IMG/VR virus record: IMGVR_UViG_3300025117_000032
Direction: 5' to 3' (one strand)
DNA: 64,000 bases
Origin: a virus
Within the stretch, counting starts at the first letter, position 1. Each line of letters opens with the position of its first letter. Below are positions 28,801-38,168 of the stretch, piece after piece. Under the pieces are notes generated by a model. That model was given only the letters and a program-made list of their open reading frames with translations. It did not search any database and had not been told where the DNA came from. Made by a program: the position numbers and the translations under genes.

Positions 28801-29989
28801 GGAATTCAATGAAGTTCTTTGAAGTGGTAAAAATATTGTCAGTATGGGTTTGGATGTCTACATTTTCAAGAGTAAATCTATCCTTCATATCCTGGGTTAT
28901 AGAAACAAAACTTACATATCCCCCTATGAGTTCATTTGCCTGTTGAGAATTTATTATGCTCATTGATCCATTGGCAATGTACACACCCAGGAGATAGGCA
29001 AGGTCTGGTGTAATCACTGTTGGAAGAAAGTTATCATGCAGGGTTGTGTTTGTGCTAAGGTCTGGTGTTAGACGAAAATCGGTTAGTGTATCGTTATTTC
29101 CCCAGACATTCATCCCATACTGTACTGCAACGAAATCATTAACTTCTAAATCTCTCAATTGAAACCAATCGTATCTTCCAACTTTATTTGAGAAAGCCCA
29201 TAGCTTATGATTCAATGAACCCTCTAGCTTTGCACTCCTAGTAGATATAATTTTAGTTTTACACACTCCATTGTTGTAAGCTATGCTGCCAGTTCTTAGT
29301 TTATCCTTGCCTAACACACCATAAGAAGCAACTGTTTGTTCACCAAGTAAGTCCAGGTTTGCATAGTCACCAATTTGCTTTATACCCCTATCCGTGTAAA
29401 TGTAAGTGTCAGGTGTAACGCAAGAGATAACAATACCAGCACCACCCATTGACAATGTAGGGTAAGCTGCTGCCCACAAGTCCTCAACCTTATTCGTAGG
29501 AATGGCTGCTGCCTCATCAATAACCAATAGGGTCAATGATTCAGACCTAGCTGCATCATCTGTGGTGGCGTGAGCAATAACCCTGGAACCATTAATGAGT
29601 TCGATTGAACCCTGGTTATCCAATAAAAGTTTTGGAACCAACCAAGTGGGAGACTTTTTCAGTATCAACTTTATCTTGCGAACAAACCCAGAAGAGTTCA
29701 CTTGCTTATTTGCCACAACTGCAACCTCTGTTGCCTTATGAAAAGCCACCAACCAAGCAATGTAACCTGCTGCTATTGTTGAAATACCCAACTGTCTTGA
29801 TTTTAGAATGATGTTGAATCTATGCTCTTGGAATTCTCTCAAGCAATCTTTCTGGAAATCATACAACTGAAACTTAACGTACCCACCCTTTGGGTCTCTC
29901 ACCACACCATAATTGAGTAGGTAATATTCTGGACTAGCGGAACACTTGATGATCTCTTCGGTCATCTGTTGCTTGGATAATGCAGGCAT
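25886..29989 (-). CDS. Terminase large subunit, T4 gp17-like, with intein
   Basis: LYDFQ, ILKSRQLGIST, LVIDEAA, IVIS|…|TPKG, ADVARGDSSDYS, EANSIG, GYNDDL. Confidence 0.95.
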   Translation of the reverse strand: MPALSKQQMTEEIIKCSASPEYYLLNYGVVRDPKGGYVKFQLYDFQKDCLREFQEHRFNIILKSRQLGISTIAAGYIAWLVAFHKATEVAVVANKQVNSSGFVRKIKLILKKSPTWLVPKLLLDNQGSIELINGSRVIAHATTDDAARSESLTLLVIDEAAAIPTNKVEDLWAAAYPTLSMGGAGIVISCVTPDTYIYTDRGIKQIGDYANLDLLGEQTVASYGVLGKDKLRTGSIAYNNGVCKTKIISTRSAKLEGSLNHKLWAFSNKVGRYDWFQLRDLEVNDFVAVQYGMNVWGNNDTLTDFRLTPDLSTNTTLHDNFLPTVITPDLAYLLGVYIANGSMSIINSQQANELIGGYVSFVSITQDMKDRFTLENVDIQTHTDNIFTTSKNFIEFLLYLGFKPDTKNTQRSIPPRLLELSGGNLGALVNGIFDCKGFSRADRGIVSIGLSSKVLIDQIRIILDNIGILSEYGAVNGRNSYFQYDTIQYRLTLNQSESKLFYELIGFNSQEKQDNQNVLPMLCELPGILLQSQAMRSPIENENQIITSQTWHDSCYSKFCANQIEQNSPSKNHTRNFAVKNHTIKPNIKNCDGEFENHNVLLAAAPHVKKLTGTELEGIGKLHLLPILPGTLLARDENFDDLESGDVKTLTCRDADNQKLGTKIASQNLVKLLTTKTEISGEKHTIDQNNQKPIRGKMNCFDVLYDKKLTTGFTISQKESIINQTFSKNRANYGLPDKLLTDENASQNQFECGSSKNRAKQNSVQPGFGTELAIARNVPENFEVENENQLEKKCRAANQSNITQTLSSKNPSESFTKSNIVKSSSHDVIPNGVYYCKCLFDLLPFGTWTLIKKWGLNINGVLNKKSLYKTHHTSRQNLLKLKNICLQNTTIPNKLTIELDKILSPNVKWEPIRSITVSSNPTVDFSLPSTKNSHKISSEISESDINMISFWDHSVIYNSILGHQTPKGVGNWYHKQWTLAVNKESDFNPITIHWTEHPLYSENLEWICASCGNRQLTGSMFNGEVLCEICAESSFHPTSSWYENQKRQLASDRLIAQELDMDFLGSGDMVIENKYILEAEKECRKPLYEGFEVLQYHKKEDVPFSMFYKNLWVWEDPIEGEEYLICADVARGDSSDYSAFHVINSSDEQVAEYRHRLPPDEYAGLLYDVGTLYNNALIVPEANSIGYATCLKLVDLDYKNLFYSQKGMYSKEKMKKMNDHPTKHDVSAIPGFQTTNTSRPLIISALEEGIRVGSFKIRSTRTISELRTLVWINGKPQAMPGYNDDLCIAGGIGLFVKSTHLKDRSSGREAVVAALKAMQGESNLAENSLPTNRGFMNSRANPNPWVQIGPRGERESLTWLIDRKRKG
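27623..27639. promoter_or_regulatory. Fur-like box, copy 1
   Basis: TTGAAAATGAGAATCAA (minus strand), identical to 28358..28374. Confidence 0.55.
27653..28339. promoter_or_regulatory. Array of sigma54 (-24/-12) consensus sites
   Basis: TGGCAC-N5-TTGCT or close variants at +27653, -27686, +27712, +27796, -28010, -28103, +28267, +28306, -28339. Confidence 0.8.
28358..28374. promoter_or_regulatory. Fur-like box, copy 2
   Basis: TTGAAAATGAGAATCAA (minus strand). Confidence 0.55.
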
Positions 29990-30000
29990 AAAAAGCGAAA

Positions 30001-30030
30001 CCCCCTATGATATATAAATATCACAGGAGG
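30001..30030 (-). promoter_or_regulatory. Putative late promoter (GATATTTATA) within RBS-occluding hairpin, terminase
   Basis: CCTGTGATAT-TTAT-ATATCATAGG inverted repeat upstream of ATG 29989. Confidence 0.55.
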
Positions 30031-30060
30031 CTTGCTTGATGCAAAAATTGGTAACTGGTA

Positions 30061-30321
30061 CTATCTAGTTTCGATATGAATTCCAACTAGTGGTGCTTCA
30101 GCTACTAGGTTTGGAAACTTTATGGTAGCAGTCTTCTTACCACCTAGATACATGGTTCCATCTAATGCAAAATCAAAATTAAAGGCCACAACAAATTCCT
30201 TCTTAGCATTTTGACTAAGATTATCTGCCTTTTTAAATAGATTCAACAGGTCAGCAAACTCTTTATCACTACTGTAACGAAGAGTATACTCTTTTTTCAT
30301 TTGGTCAAATGTCATCGCCAT
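30061..30321 (-). CDS. Hypothetical protein
   Basis: Start MAMTFDQ after GAAGG. Confidence 0.5.
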   Translation of the reverse strand: MAMTFDQMKKEYTLRYSSDKEFADLLNLFKKADNLSQNAKKEFVVAFNFDFALDGTMYLGGKKTATIKFPNLVAEAPLVGIHIETR

Positions 30322-30557
30322 TCCTTCTTTGTTAGGGTTTTTGGTGTTGATCACACAGAAATTGATTGTGCTAGATCCCCCTTCCACCTTTCCAGGTTTC
30401 ACTGTTAGGCTTACACCAAGGGCAGTCATCAATGATGTGGCCATTGCACTTAAGTATACCTCCAATAACAGGGTAATCAGTTTTACACTTATCACAGCGG
30501 AAATATCTAAACCTCTGACAACCAAGGTTATATTCTCCAATATACTGTAACATGGTT

Positions 30558-30773
30558 TTACTCCTTCTCTCTTAACCACTCATCGAATTGCTCTGTGGTG
30601 CAAACCTGGACAACATCCGAGATTGCACCCACTTTGAAAAACCTCTCGAAATCACCATTGGGCACAAAAATCTTCTCCAACCACCACTCCCCCATGTCAA
30701 CAATCCAAATGTTTCCAAGGTGGTTGATATCGATATCTTTTTGTGTATCGTAGACTTTGAAAAATTTAAGCAT
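30558..30773 (-). CDS. Hypothetical protein
   Basis: Start MLKFF after AGGAG. Confidence 0.5.
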   Translation of the reverse strand: MLKFFKVYDTQKDIDINHLGNIWIVDMGEWWLEKIFVPNGDFERFFKVGAISDVVQVCTTEQFDEWLREKE

Positions 30774-30789
30774 GGTCTTTACTCCTTCC

Positions 30790-31296
30790 TTAGAATGGAA
30801 AATCAATTGTTTCGGTTGTCTTCCATGGCATAAGGATAAACAACCAAGACTTGTCATTGTCTCGGCAGACAATAGGCTTGTCCAAGTCTTCCTGGTCAAA
30901 GGTATAATCACCGACAAACAAACTAGTGAGGGTGTTCCAATAGCTGCTGTCAACAAAAAGCTTTTCATCACCCCTTGCTAAAAGACGTTTCTCATAACCA
31001 TAATTAAGATAGATCCATTGAGTGGGTTTGATTTCAACCCCAACAGTTTTGGAAACAACATCCAGGATGTCTATTGTTGAATCTGAAAAACCAGCTTTAT
31101 CCCACCGAATTGTTTTTCCTGGTCTTGGCCATAACACACTTAACTCTGGGGGGAGTATTCCAATCCCAAAATTGATTGCATAGAAGCCATTGGAAAACAG
31201 TTGTTTGCCCTCTTTTGTGGTTTGTAGAAAAAACAACTGAATACCAGTTGGTACTTTTACGATCTTCTTGATGATCTTCTGATTCAAATATGGCAT
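30790..31296 (-). CDS. Hypothetical protein
   Basis: 168 aa ORF in packed minus-strand operon. Confidence 0.55.
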   Translation of the reverse strand: MPYLNQKIIKKIVKVPTGIQLFFLQTTKEGKQLFSNGFYAINFGIGILPPELSVLWPRPGKTIRWDKAGFSDSTIDILDVVSKTVGVEIKPTQWIYLNYGYEKRLLARGDEKLFVDSSYWNTLTSLFVGDYTFDQEDLDKPIVCRDNDKSWLFILMPWKTTETIDFPF

Positions 31297-31300
31297 AGCT

Positions 31301-31504
31301 TCATACCTTTCTGTATTCGAACTTTCCCTTGACCTTGGAATTGAGATACCTACCCTTTGACCTAGATCTGATCAGACCAGAGTAAACAGTCTTGGGAACA
31401 CCAAAGTAGGTGTAGGTATCACCACTGTTGAAAAGAACCACCAGTTCACTTTCAAGATTCCTATACTCCACAGCATTGATGCAAGATGAATCAACCTTGA
31501 TCAT
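31301..31504 (-). CDS. KTSC domain protein
   Basis: VDSSCINAVEY…L.V.FNSG..Y.YFGVP..VY..L..S.SKGRYLN..VKGKF. Confidence 0.85.
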   Translation of the reverse strand: MIKVDSSCINAVEYRNLESELVVLFNSGDTYTYFGVPKTVYSGLIRSRSKGRYLNSKVKGKFEYRKV

Positions 31505-31988
31505 GGCTCTACTCCTTGTCTTGATCTTCATTCCATGGGTTCACACCAGGATTGGTCACAGCACCGTTGTTTTGAATATCAGCCCAGGACCAAGCAAATG
31601 CACCCTGGACATGCAAGTGAAAGGTAATCTCTTCAATGGGAAGCTCTGGGTGATTCGTATCACGCAGGATCTTCTGAATGGCGTCTGCTATTTCTCTCTT
31701 CTGTCTGACTGAAAACATAGCTCTACCCCTTACTTTTTTCTTCACCAGATGGATACTCAATAATGGTGTATTCTTGGTTAGTCCACATAGCTCTCGGTAA
31801 CATACCGCTTGAAATCAGCGAAGTCCATGTGGGGAAGATGATCACTGTCGATCATGGAAAAGTTCCTCTTTGCTCTGGGTGTCCAGTTGCAGGATGTGAA
31901 CCATCTGCTCATCATCGTACTGGACAACGATCATTTCATGTCGCATTTCTTTTCTCCCTGTCTTGAGGTTATCTCAACTTCTAGGCAT

Positions 31989-32017
31989 AGTATAACACAA
32001 CCACCATCCTTTGTCAA
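31989..32017 (-). promoter_or_regulatory. sigma70-type promoter
   Basis: TTGACA-N17-TATACT. Confidence 0.75.
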
Positions 32018-32190
32018 GAAAAAATCAAGCACTCTCTCCATATCTCTACACTAGGCACATTATAATCCCATTTCTTTCCCATGAAGGAAAGTCCGTATGG
32101 TGGATCGGTCACAATAGCATCTACTGTGTTTTCTTCGAATGTCTTTAGGGTTTCAAGACATTCACCCTGGTAAATTGTGTTTAGTTCCAA
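32014..32190 (-). pseudogene. Truncated N6/N4 DNA methyltransferase (N-terminal 58 aa)
   Basis: ELNTIYQGECLETLK…VDAIVTDPPYGLSFMGKKWD…WRECL then stop inside promoter -35. Confidence 0.75.
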
Positions 32191-32529
32191 TGTCTCTTTC
32201 TCCTTGTCTTCAATTTTAGGAAGCGTGTGTTATCAGCCAATCCTCAAACTTGTCCTTTGAGGTATCCTCTATACGAAATTCAAGCAAACCAACATCAACC
32301 ATACCGATGAATTGTGGCCTAGACATTTCAACCTTGCCAACCCATTTGTTGGTGTCCAAGTCAAACTGGACAATAACATAGCCAACCTTTGTACCATCTT
32401 TGATCCTAAAAATTTTGATGATACTCATGACTTATCCTCCAATGAGTTTGTTTCCTTCAAAGCATAAGCGATGGCTTTTTCTAACTCTTCGCAAGTCTCT
32501 TTGTTGGATTTGTCTATCGGTTACTGTTC

Positions 32530-32793
32530 TTATAAGAAACGTACCTCGTCTTTCTTCACCCAATCATTATCCCTTGCCCACTCTTCTAGTGTCTTGACTG
32601 TAAACACATCTTCTGGAGTGGCTATATAACCAAGGTTTTCTTCTGCCCATTCCTTTAGTGCTTTATCACTGTAAACACACTCTGGATTTATGTTACTACA
32701 AATCCAATCGATAGCATGATCTATAGAGTTTTCGCCAAGCACTTGCTTCGCAAAATCACCAATGTCTTTTTCTGTTAAGTAATATCTAGGCAT
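32530..32793 (-). CDS. Hypothetical protein
   Basis: 87 aa with internal repeat PE.V(Y/F)…L.EWA. Confidence 0.5.
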   Translation of the reverse strand: MPRYYLTEKDIGDFAKQVLGENSIDHAIDWICSNINPECVYSDKALKEWAEENLGYIATPEDVFTVKTLEEWARDNDWVKKDEVRFL

Positions 32794-32796
32794 GGG

Positions 32797-33549
32797 TCAT
32801 TCTCCTTTTGGTTTGTTAAGCACAACTATTACAGTGTTGACCATTGTTCCAGAAGACTTGAATGCTTCTGGGCTGTTCTTTTCAGCGAAGCCATATTTCT
32901 CAATCAACTCTCTAAAGTTGACTGTCTTCTTGTTCTCTCTAAACAAAACACCGGCAGCCATAATAGAAACTAGCCTTCCCCCTGGTACTAGAAATTCCCA
33001 AGCATGAAGCACATGGTCAATGTCTGCTTGCTTCTCAAATGGTGGATTCATAATCACCCTATTGTACATTGGTTCTGATTTGGTTTGAAGAAAATCTCCT
33101 TCATAAATCACGTTGTAACCCTTGCTTCTTAGAACCTCAACATTAGCTGGTAAGATTTCTATACAGTCCACAATACAATCCTTGTTTATGTAATCAGCAA
33201 TCCCACCTTGGCCGGCGGATGGTTCTAGGACAAGATCACCGGGTTCCGTGTGTGCCATCTTAACAATTCTCTCTGCTAGTTCTGGTGGTGTAGGAAAGAA
33301 CCCTTGCTTCTTAGGCAAAACAATTTCCCCAGAAAGAAGAACCTGTTCCAAGAAATTTGTTGGGTCTGATTCAAATATGTGTGCTGCTAGTTTTCTATTC
33401 CACTTTCCCCCCATACCTTCTAACACTTTGTTGACTGCCACATATTGCTTTCTGTCAAGTTGACCACAAGTTAAGGTAATGGTGTTTTCACTTATTGTTG
33501 CCCTACTAAGCACCCTTAAAGTTTCTTGATCAATTTTTGTTGTGTTCAT
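32797..33549 (-). CDS. N6-adenine DNA methyltransferase
   Basis: FFPTP, VLEPSAGQG, GDFL, VIMNPPF, GGRLVSIM, FKSSGT. Confidence 0.9.
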   Translation of the reverse strand: MNTTKIDQETLRVLSRATISENTITLTCGQLDRKQYVAVNKVLEGMGGKWNRKLAAHIFESDPTNFLEQVLLSGEIVLPKKQGFFPTPPELAERIVKMAHTEPGDLVLEPSAGQGGIADYINKDCIVDCIEILPANVEVLRSKGYNVIYEGDFLQTKSEPMYNRVIMNPPFEKQADIDHVLHAWEFLVPGGRLVSIMAAGVLFRENKKTVNFRELIEKYGFAEKNSPEAFKSSGTMVNTVIVVLNKPKGE

Positions 33550-33564
33550 TACTTTGTATCCTTT

Positions 33565-33852
33565 TCATTCTTGTTCCTTCTTTTTCTTCATGCCATCTGC
33601 CAGCAATGTGATAAGTTCGGCAAGATCCCGCAAGCTTTCCTCATCGAAAGATGAAAAGGCTGCACCAGATGAATTTCTTAACATTAGATTTAGGTACTTG
33701 GAATCATCAAATGTCTTAACCTCCAGAGTTACCCAATCGTCTCTGATACCAGGGGTTTTACAAGGAGGAAGCCCATAATTTCCTTCCAAGTAAATCTTGT
33801 CAACTTTTCCCAACCAATTCTTAAGCTCTTGTTTCTTAGTTGTATCACTCAT
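33565..33852 (-). CDS. Hypothetical protein, paralogue family A
   Basis: K.ELKNWL…G.Y.LP…LEVK…YLNL…SF…LRDL. Confidence 0.6.
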   Translation of the reverse strand: MSDTTKKQELKNWLGKVDKIYLEGNYGLPPCKTPGIRDDWVTLEVKTFDDSKYLNLMLRNSSGAAFSSFDEESLRDLAELITLLADGMKKKKEQE

Positions 33853-34148
33853 TTTTTAACCTCTCTTGTTTATCCAAACCACTTCTCTGTGGCATCTTCT
33901 GTTCATTTCAGTCTCCATCTTCATGAATGATTTCAGCTACCCCATGTGATTCCATCTGAAAAAGTTTTTCCCTAAGCCTAGCCTCTTCTTCAACAGCCCA
34001 AGCCATCGGGTTATCAGGCATGAACCTCTGATTGGATTCCTTCCAAATACTATCCATGTGAACCCAACGTGGACCTTCATGGGTTAGGCACTCACAATCC
34101 TTGGTGGCGTCAACAACCTTGCTGAATTTGGTTAGGATGAATTTCATT

Positions 34149-34508
34149 TCAGTCCCCTTCCCACATGCCAAGAGGAAACATGAGCGCCATTTCCTTCAAC
34201 TGAATTAATGCTGCCTTTGTGTTACCTTCTGTAGCTTTCCAGTAGTCATCATCCACATCATCACAAAGCTTGGAGATTGCCTCATCAAGCACAGGAATAC
34301 TTTCTGCTCCGGTCATTCCGTATATGGTTCTGATACCCTTTCCACCCAGAAATACCTTGGAAAAGAATGGTGCATAGTTCCAGGTTACATTCAGCCACAT
34401 ATCTCTTATTCCACCCATCGCATAGGTTCCACCTTGCATCTGGTGTAACTCATCTGATTTCAAAACTTCTTTGGTGATTGGGTCTTTTAGGTAAATGTCA
34501 TAGCTCAT
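34149..34508 (-). CDS. Conserved phage hypothetical protein
   Basis: MSYDIYL…LNVTWNY…GIRTIYGMTGAESIP…DYWKATEGN. Confidence 0.65.
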   Translation of the reverse strand: MSYDIYLKDPITKEVLKSDELHQMQGGTYAMGGIRDMWLNVTWNYAPFFSKVFLGGKGIRTIYGMTGAESIPVLDEAISKLCDDVDDDYWKATEGNTKAALIQLKEMALMFPLGMWEGD

Positions 34509-34516
34509 GGTTTACC

Positions 34517-34795
34517 TCACTTGCTCGATTTTTCTATTGCCGACCTAAGCTCACCAAGCAAATCTATTAGATCATTTAGTTGCTTGCGAGTAAAGGTAAC
34601 ATTGTCGCTACTACTGACATTCACTGAATTATTAAGCTGTAGATTGATATATTCTCCGGGATTAATTGTGCCAACCCACAAAAAAGAATCAGTAATCCTA
34701 TGCACACCATCCTTTGGCAAAACATAGACTCCATTAATGTCAAAATTCTCATCAGAAATAAATTTCTTCAACTGACTTCTCTTATCATTACTCAT
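34517..34795 (-). CDS. Hypothetical protein, paralogue family A
   Basis: QLKKFI…FDINGVYVLP…PGEYINL…TF…QLNDL. Confidence 0.6.
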   Translation of the reverse strand: MSNDKRSQLKKFISDENFDINGVYVLPKDGVHRITDSFLWVGTINPGEYINLQLNNSVNVSSSDNVTFTRKQLNDLIDLLGELRSAIEKSSK

Positions 34796-35078
34796 TTCTT
34801 AACTCCCTTTTGTTTTAGTATAGTGTGGAAAACCATCATCGTCCCCATAAACCTTGCCATCAATCCAATCAACAGAAAGCCAATAATCTGATTTAAAAAT
34901 TCCATGATTCAACCTCTTCCATTTCAATTTCTCCCACTCTTGATTTCACCAATGAGAACCCAAACCAATCCTATGGCCAGTCCAACAACTGTTGCACCAA
35001 GGCATAACAGCCACCAAATCACATATAGGAAAAAGTAGATGAACATTTTTGGAACCCTTTATTTAGTTTTACAGAAGA

Positions 35079-35107
35079 ATCATAACACCATTTTCGGCAG
35101 ATGTCAA
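35079..35107 (-). promoter_or_regulatory. sigma70-type promoter
   Basis: TTGACA-N17-TATGAT. Confidence 0.75.
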
Positions 35108-35123
35108 GGAAAAGTAACCATTC

Positions 35124-35459
35124 TCAATCTAAGTCATTATCATCCTCAAGTCTTTTCTTTGAGATGTTCATCATTTCTTCAATAACTTCTTGTTCATCCA
35201 AGATGATCATTCTCTTGCCTTTACCAATGAGATTGAACACTTGCCCATCATCTAGGGTCATGGTTTTGTTCTGCATATCGATAGATAAGATGTTACCCAT
35301 GACAAGGGCTGCCCCTGACTTGTATTTTTCAGAGGCACCAACAAACACACCTTGCATCTGTTCCGGCATTTGCCAATGCTTATCATATCTGATTGTCCAA
35401 TGGATTAAGCTAGGAGGCAAAGAGCCAATGGTTGTTGAACCGCTAAAAGTTGACTTCAT
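35124..35459 (-). CDS. Hypothetical protein (late-motif promoter)
   Basis: AGGAG RBS, GATATTTATT upstream. Confidence 0.55.
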   Translation of the reverse strand: MKSTFSGSTTIGSLPPSLIHWTIRYDKHWQMPEQMQGVFVGASEKYKSGAALVMGNILSIDMQNKTMTLDDGQVFNLIGKGKRMIILDEQEVIEEMMNISKKRLEDDNDLD

Positions 35460-35495
35460 TGTGTCTCCTTACGTTATGAATAAATATCAAGTACC

Positions 35496-35903
35496 CTAGT
35501 ATTCAACTCCATTGTCCAGGTTGCTATGGTATTCCTCCAGTGGGTCAATACCAAAAATCAATTGACAAGCATCGGCAAAGGCTTGTTTAGTTCTATTTAG
35601 CTCATTCTCAAGATACTCAATCCTTAGTTTGTCCTCTGTTTCCTCTTTGGATTGGTGCCTTCTTTCTGCTATCTCGATTACGCTTTCATCACAATAACCA
35701 AGATCACCATAGCCACTAAGACTATATCCAATCAGTTGAGCAAACTGTTGTCTGTCATCATTGGTAAAATCCAAGAAAGCTATCTCGTTAAGATCTATGC
35801 CACCATCATTATCAAGCAAATACCTTACTATCTTGTTTTGTTTGAAGCGTAGGGTTCCATGATCGTCTAACTCTAATGGCTGAATTGGGTGTTTGTGTCT
35901 CAT
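35496..35903 (-). CDS. Conserved phage hypothetical protein
   Basis: HPIQP…G.LRFK.N.IV.YLLD…QFAQLIGYSLSG. Confidence 0.6.
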   Translation of the reverse strand: MRHKHPIQPLELDDHGTLRFKQNKIVRYLLDNDGGIDLNEIAFLDFTNDDRQQFAQLIGYSLSGYGDLGYCDESVIEIAERRHQSKEETEDKLRIEYLENELNRTKQAFADACQLIFGIDPLEEYHSNLDNGVEY

Positions 35904-36117
35904 TAGCCTTCCTCTTTCTTGCATGGTTGCGTCCAAGCTAATGGGTTAACTCTCCTAGCAACCCTTAGCGCAATGATTCTTTCACAGTCATTTATGCCAT
36001 CCCTAAACAATTCATTATCATTCTTACTTCTATCTGGCAATTCACAATAACTGTTCCACGCCATTGCCAACATGGCTAACAACTCCCCCTCTAACACATT
36101 TAGACCTAGATTTTTCA

Positions 36118-36570
36118 TTAGTTACCCCATCCTTCGAATATCAGGTTGCCATTATATTCTGGGTATCTCTTGGCAACGTAACAAAACAACTCTTTAAAAC
36201 CCATGCTCCTAACAAGCATAATTATGCCCTTTACGGTTGACCTAAACGCTGGATCTTCTGTTTGATTTTCTCCCCAATCATCCATACCAAGTTGAGTTAT
36301 CTGATAAAAGATAGTTCTATCTGGTTGAGATAAACCTGGGTTTTCCCGATAGCATCTTAGGTGTTTGCTTTCCACTAGCTCGTTTATGATTGGAAATACA
36401 TCTTTGCTATACGGTCCATATCCACCACTTTCCCAAAAGAACATTGGTATGGAAAGCCACTCACGATCAACCAAGAAAAATATCTTGGCGATTTGTGAAA
36501 CCGTAAGACCGTCCAAACCGGCAATCCTAAACACAGATAGGATATGATTTCTTTCTGGATTTTTCATCAC
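36118..36570 (-). CDS. SocA/Panacea(DUF4065)-like wHTH protein
   Basis: QIAKIFFL.D.E…F.W….YGPYSKDV…Y.IT..G…L…V..RYPEY. Confidence 0.45.
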   Translation of the reverse strand: MMKNPERNHILSVFRIAGLDGLTVSQIAKIFFLVDREWLSIPMFFWESGGYGPYSKDVFPIINELVESKHLRCYRENPGLSQPDRTIFYQITQLGMDDWGENQTEDPAFRSTVKGIIMLVRSMGFKELFCYVAKRYPEYNGNLIFEGWGN

Positions 36571-37064
36571 TTACCAAACCCCCAAGATTTTGCAAAATGA
36601 AAGCTAATATTAGCTAGGTGTTTGTTTGTCTTTTTTGCCTCATCCAATATCTGGTCTAGTTTCCCGCATGTCGTCAAATAGATGTTTGTAAGGTCTGGTT
36701 CACTAGCCCCTTGTGTTTTTCCCTCACGCTTGGAATAGGTGATGTATTCGTCAAATACTTTGCTCCTATTAAAAATGCTTATGGCTTCCAGACGATTCGC
36801 TTTGCGCTTTAGCCTTCTGTTTTCTCCACCAAGCCTATAGATTTCTTCTTGTTGTGATGATATCAACTCATTTATTTTGTGCATATCTCGATTTACATTG
36901 TCATCCTCTAGTTGATGAACTTTTGCCCTCCACTCACCAATTTGTATATCATAGTTACGGATAAGTTCATCAACCGTATTTGCCTTATAATAGTACTCAA
37001 AAGATGGGCAAAGACCAGTTACTTCTAACATTTTTTTGGTTGTGTAATAACTTTGTAGTCTCAT
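36567..37064 (-). CDS. Hypothetical coiled-coil protein
   Basis: 165 aa, overlapping start/stop packing. Confidence 0.5.
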   Translation of the reverse strand: MRLQSYYTTKKMLEVTGLCPSFEYYYKANTVDELIRNYDIQIGEWRAKVHQLEDDNVNRDMHKINELISSQQEEIYRLGGENRRLKRKANRLEAISIFNRSKVFDEYITYSKREGKTQGASEPDLTNIYLTTCGKLDQILDEAKKTNKHLANISFHFAKSWGFGK

Positions 37065-37293
37065 TTCATCCCCTTTAATTCCAACATTCTTTTTTGGATT
37101 CCAATTGATTCCCTTTGGGTTTCAATCGTCTGTCTTTGTATCTCAATTATGGCATCTTTGGTCTTGATTTGCTCTTTCATTTTATTGTGTAAATCAGACC
37201 ACTCATCGCACATCTTAAGCAGTTTTTCAATCTGCTCATCTCTGTTTTTCATTTGTTCAACGTAAAAACCCGCATTTCTAAGGAACCAAAGCA

Positions 37294-37668
37294 TTACTTT
37301 TCCCCCTTTAATTCAGCCAATCTTTCCAGGAACATTCTGTGAACATAATCTTTCTCGATATTGGAAAGGTTAGCGAACCAATTGTCCGCGTCAAGCACAG
37401 AGTTTTCTTTCTCTTCCACAATAAACTTGATCTCTGTTTCAAATAGTGGGTCAAAACCCCACCCCATATGCTCACCAAGATCACTCATTAAAACCCAAAG
37501 CTGCCAAGTTGACCAACCCTCACCATCTTCGTGTGGAGATTCATATGGGTGGATCTTTGACCAGTTTTCTCCCATTAGCTTTAGGTAATCTTCTTCTAAC
37601 AACTTTTTGCCACGATTGGTTAGCTTAACCTTAACACCATGGTTTACGTTGAACTTGATTTCAGACAT
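37294..37668 (-). CDS. Conserved phage hypothetical protein
   Basis: FNVN..VKVKLT..G…GWS.WQLW.LM..LG. Confidence 0.55.
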   Translation of the reverse strand: MSEIKFNVNHGVKVKLTNRGKKLLEEDYLKLMGENWSKIHPYESPHEDGEGWSTWQLWVLMSDLGEHMGWGFDPLFETEIKFIVEEKENSVLDADNWFANLSNIEKDYVHRMFLERLAELKGEK

Positions 37669-37871
37669 ATTCTTGCCTACACTTTTTTGTGAAACCCATC
37701 AACATGGAATATTTCCCATACTGTGGATTGCCGATCCAATTTTTTGCTTCCCAATCACTACGTCTGTTTCGTTCCTTTGAATCTGCAACGTCCCTGGTAT
37801 ATCCATTCCTGATTGCATCACGGATAAATCTAGCTGGGATTAGCTTGCTGAATTTTGCGTCTTTGTCCATC

Positions 37872-38168
37872 TTACTTATCCCCCCTAGCTTTGTCCATTG
37901 CGGAGGCAATGTCTAACAACATACCACCAAAAGCCCTAAGCTGGGTAGAGGAAAAACTGGCACCCCGTTGTGGTTGCCCATTTTTATCCTGGATATCTAG
38001 GTTCACATAGCTTCCTGGGTCACAACTTTTAACCTCCAGCTTGTGTGCATGTGTCCTTGGTGATCTTTCTTTTTCGCTATGCGCTTGACCAGGAAGATCA
38101 TAAACCCCGCAAATATCGAAGGCTTCTTTTTTGTAAAGCCAATTTCTTAGTTCATCATGTTTTGACAT
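37872..38168 (-). CDS. Hypothetical protein, paralogue family A
   Basis: ELRNWL…FDICGVYDLP…LEVK..DPGSYVNL…SF…QLR. Confidence 0.6.
   Translation of the reverse strand: MSKHDELRNWLYKKEAFDICGVYDLPGQAHSEKERSPRTHAHKLEVKSCDPGSYVNLDIQDKNGQPQRGASFSSTQLRAFGGMLLDIASAMDKARGDK

Larger units (their letters stand above)
27098..29422 (-). mobile_element. Large intein (775 aa) with LAGLIDADG domain, ~300 aa insertion and C-terminal His-Gln
   Basis: IVIS|CVTPDT…GSLNHK…LLGVYIANG…GIFDCKG…TVDFSLP…GHQ|TPKG. Confidence 0.88.
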
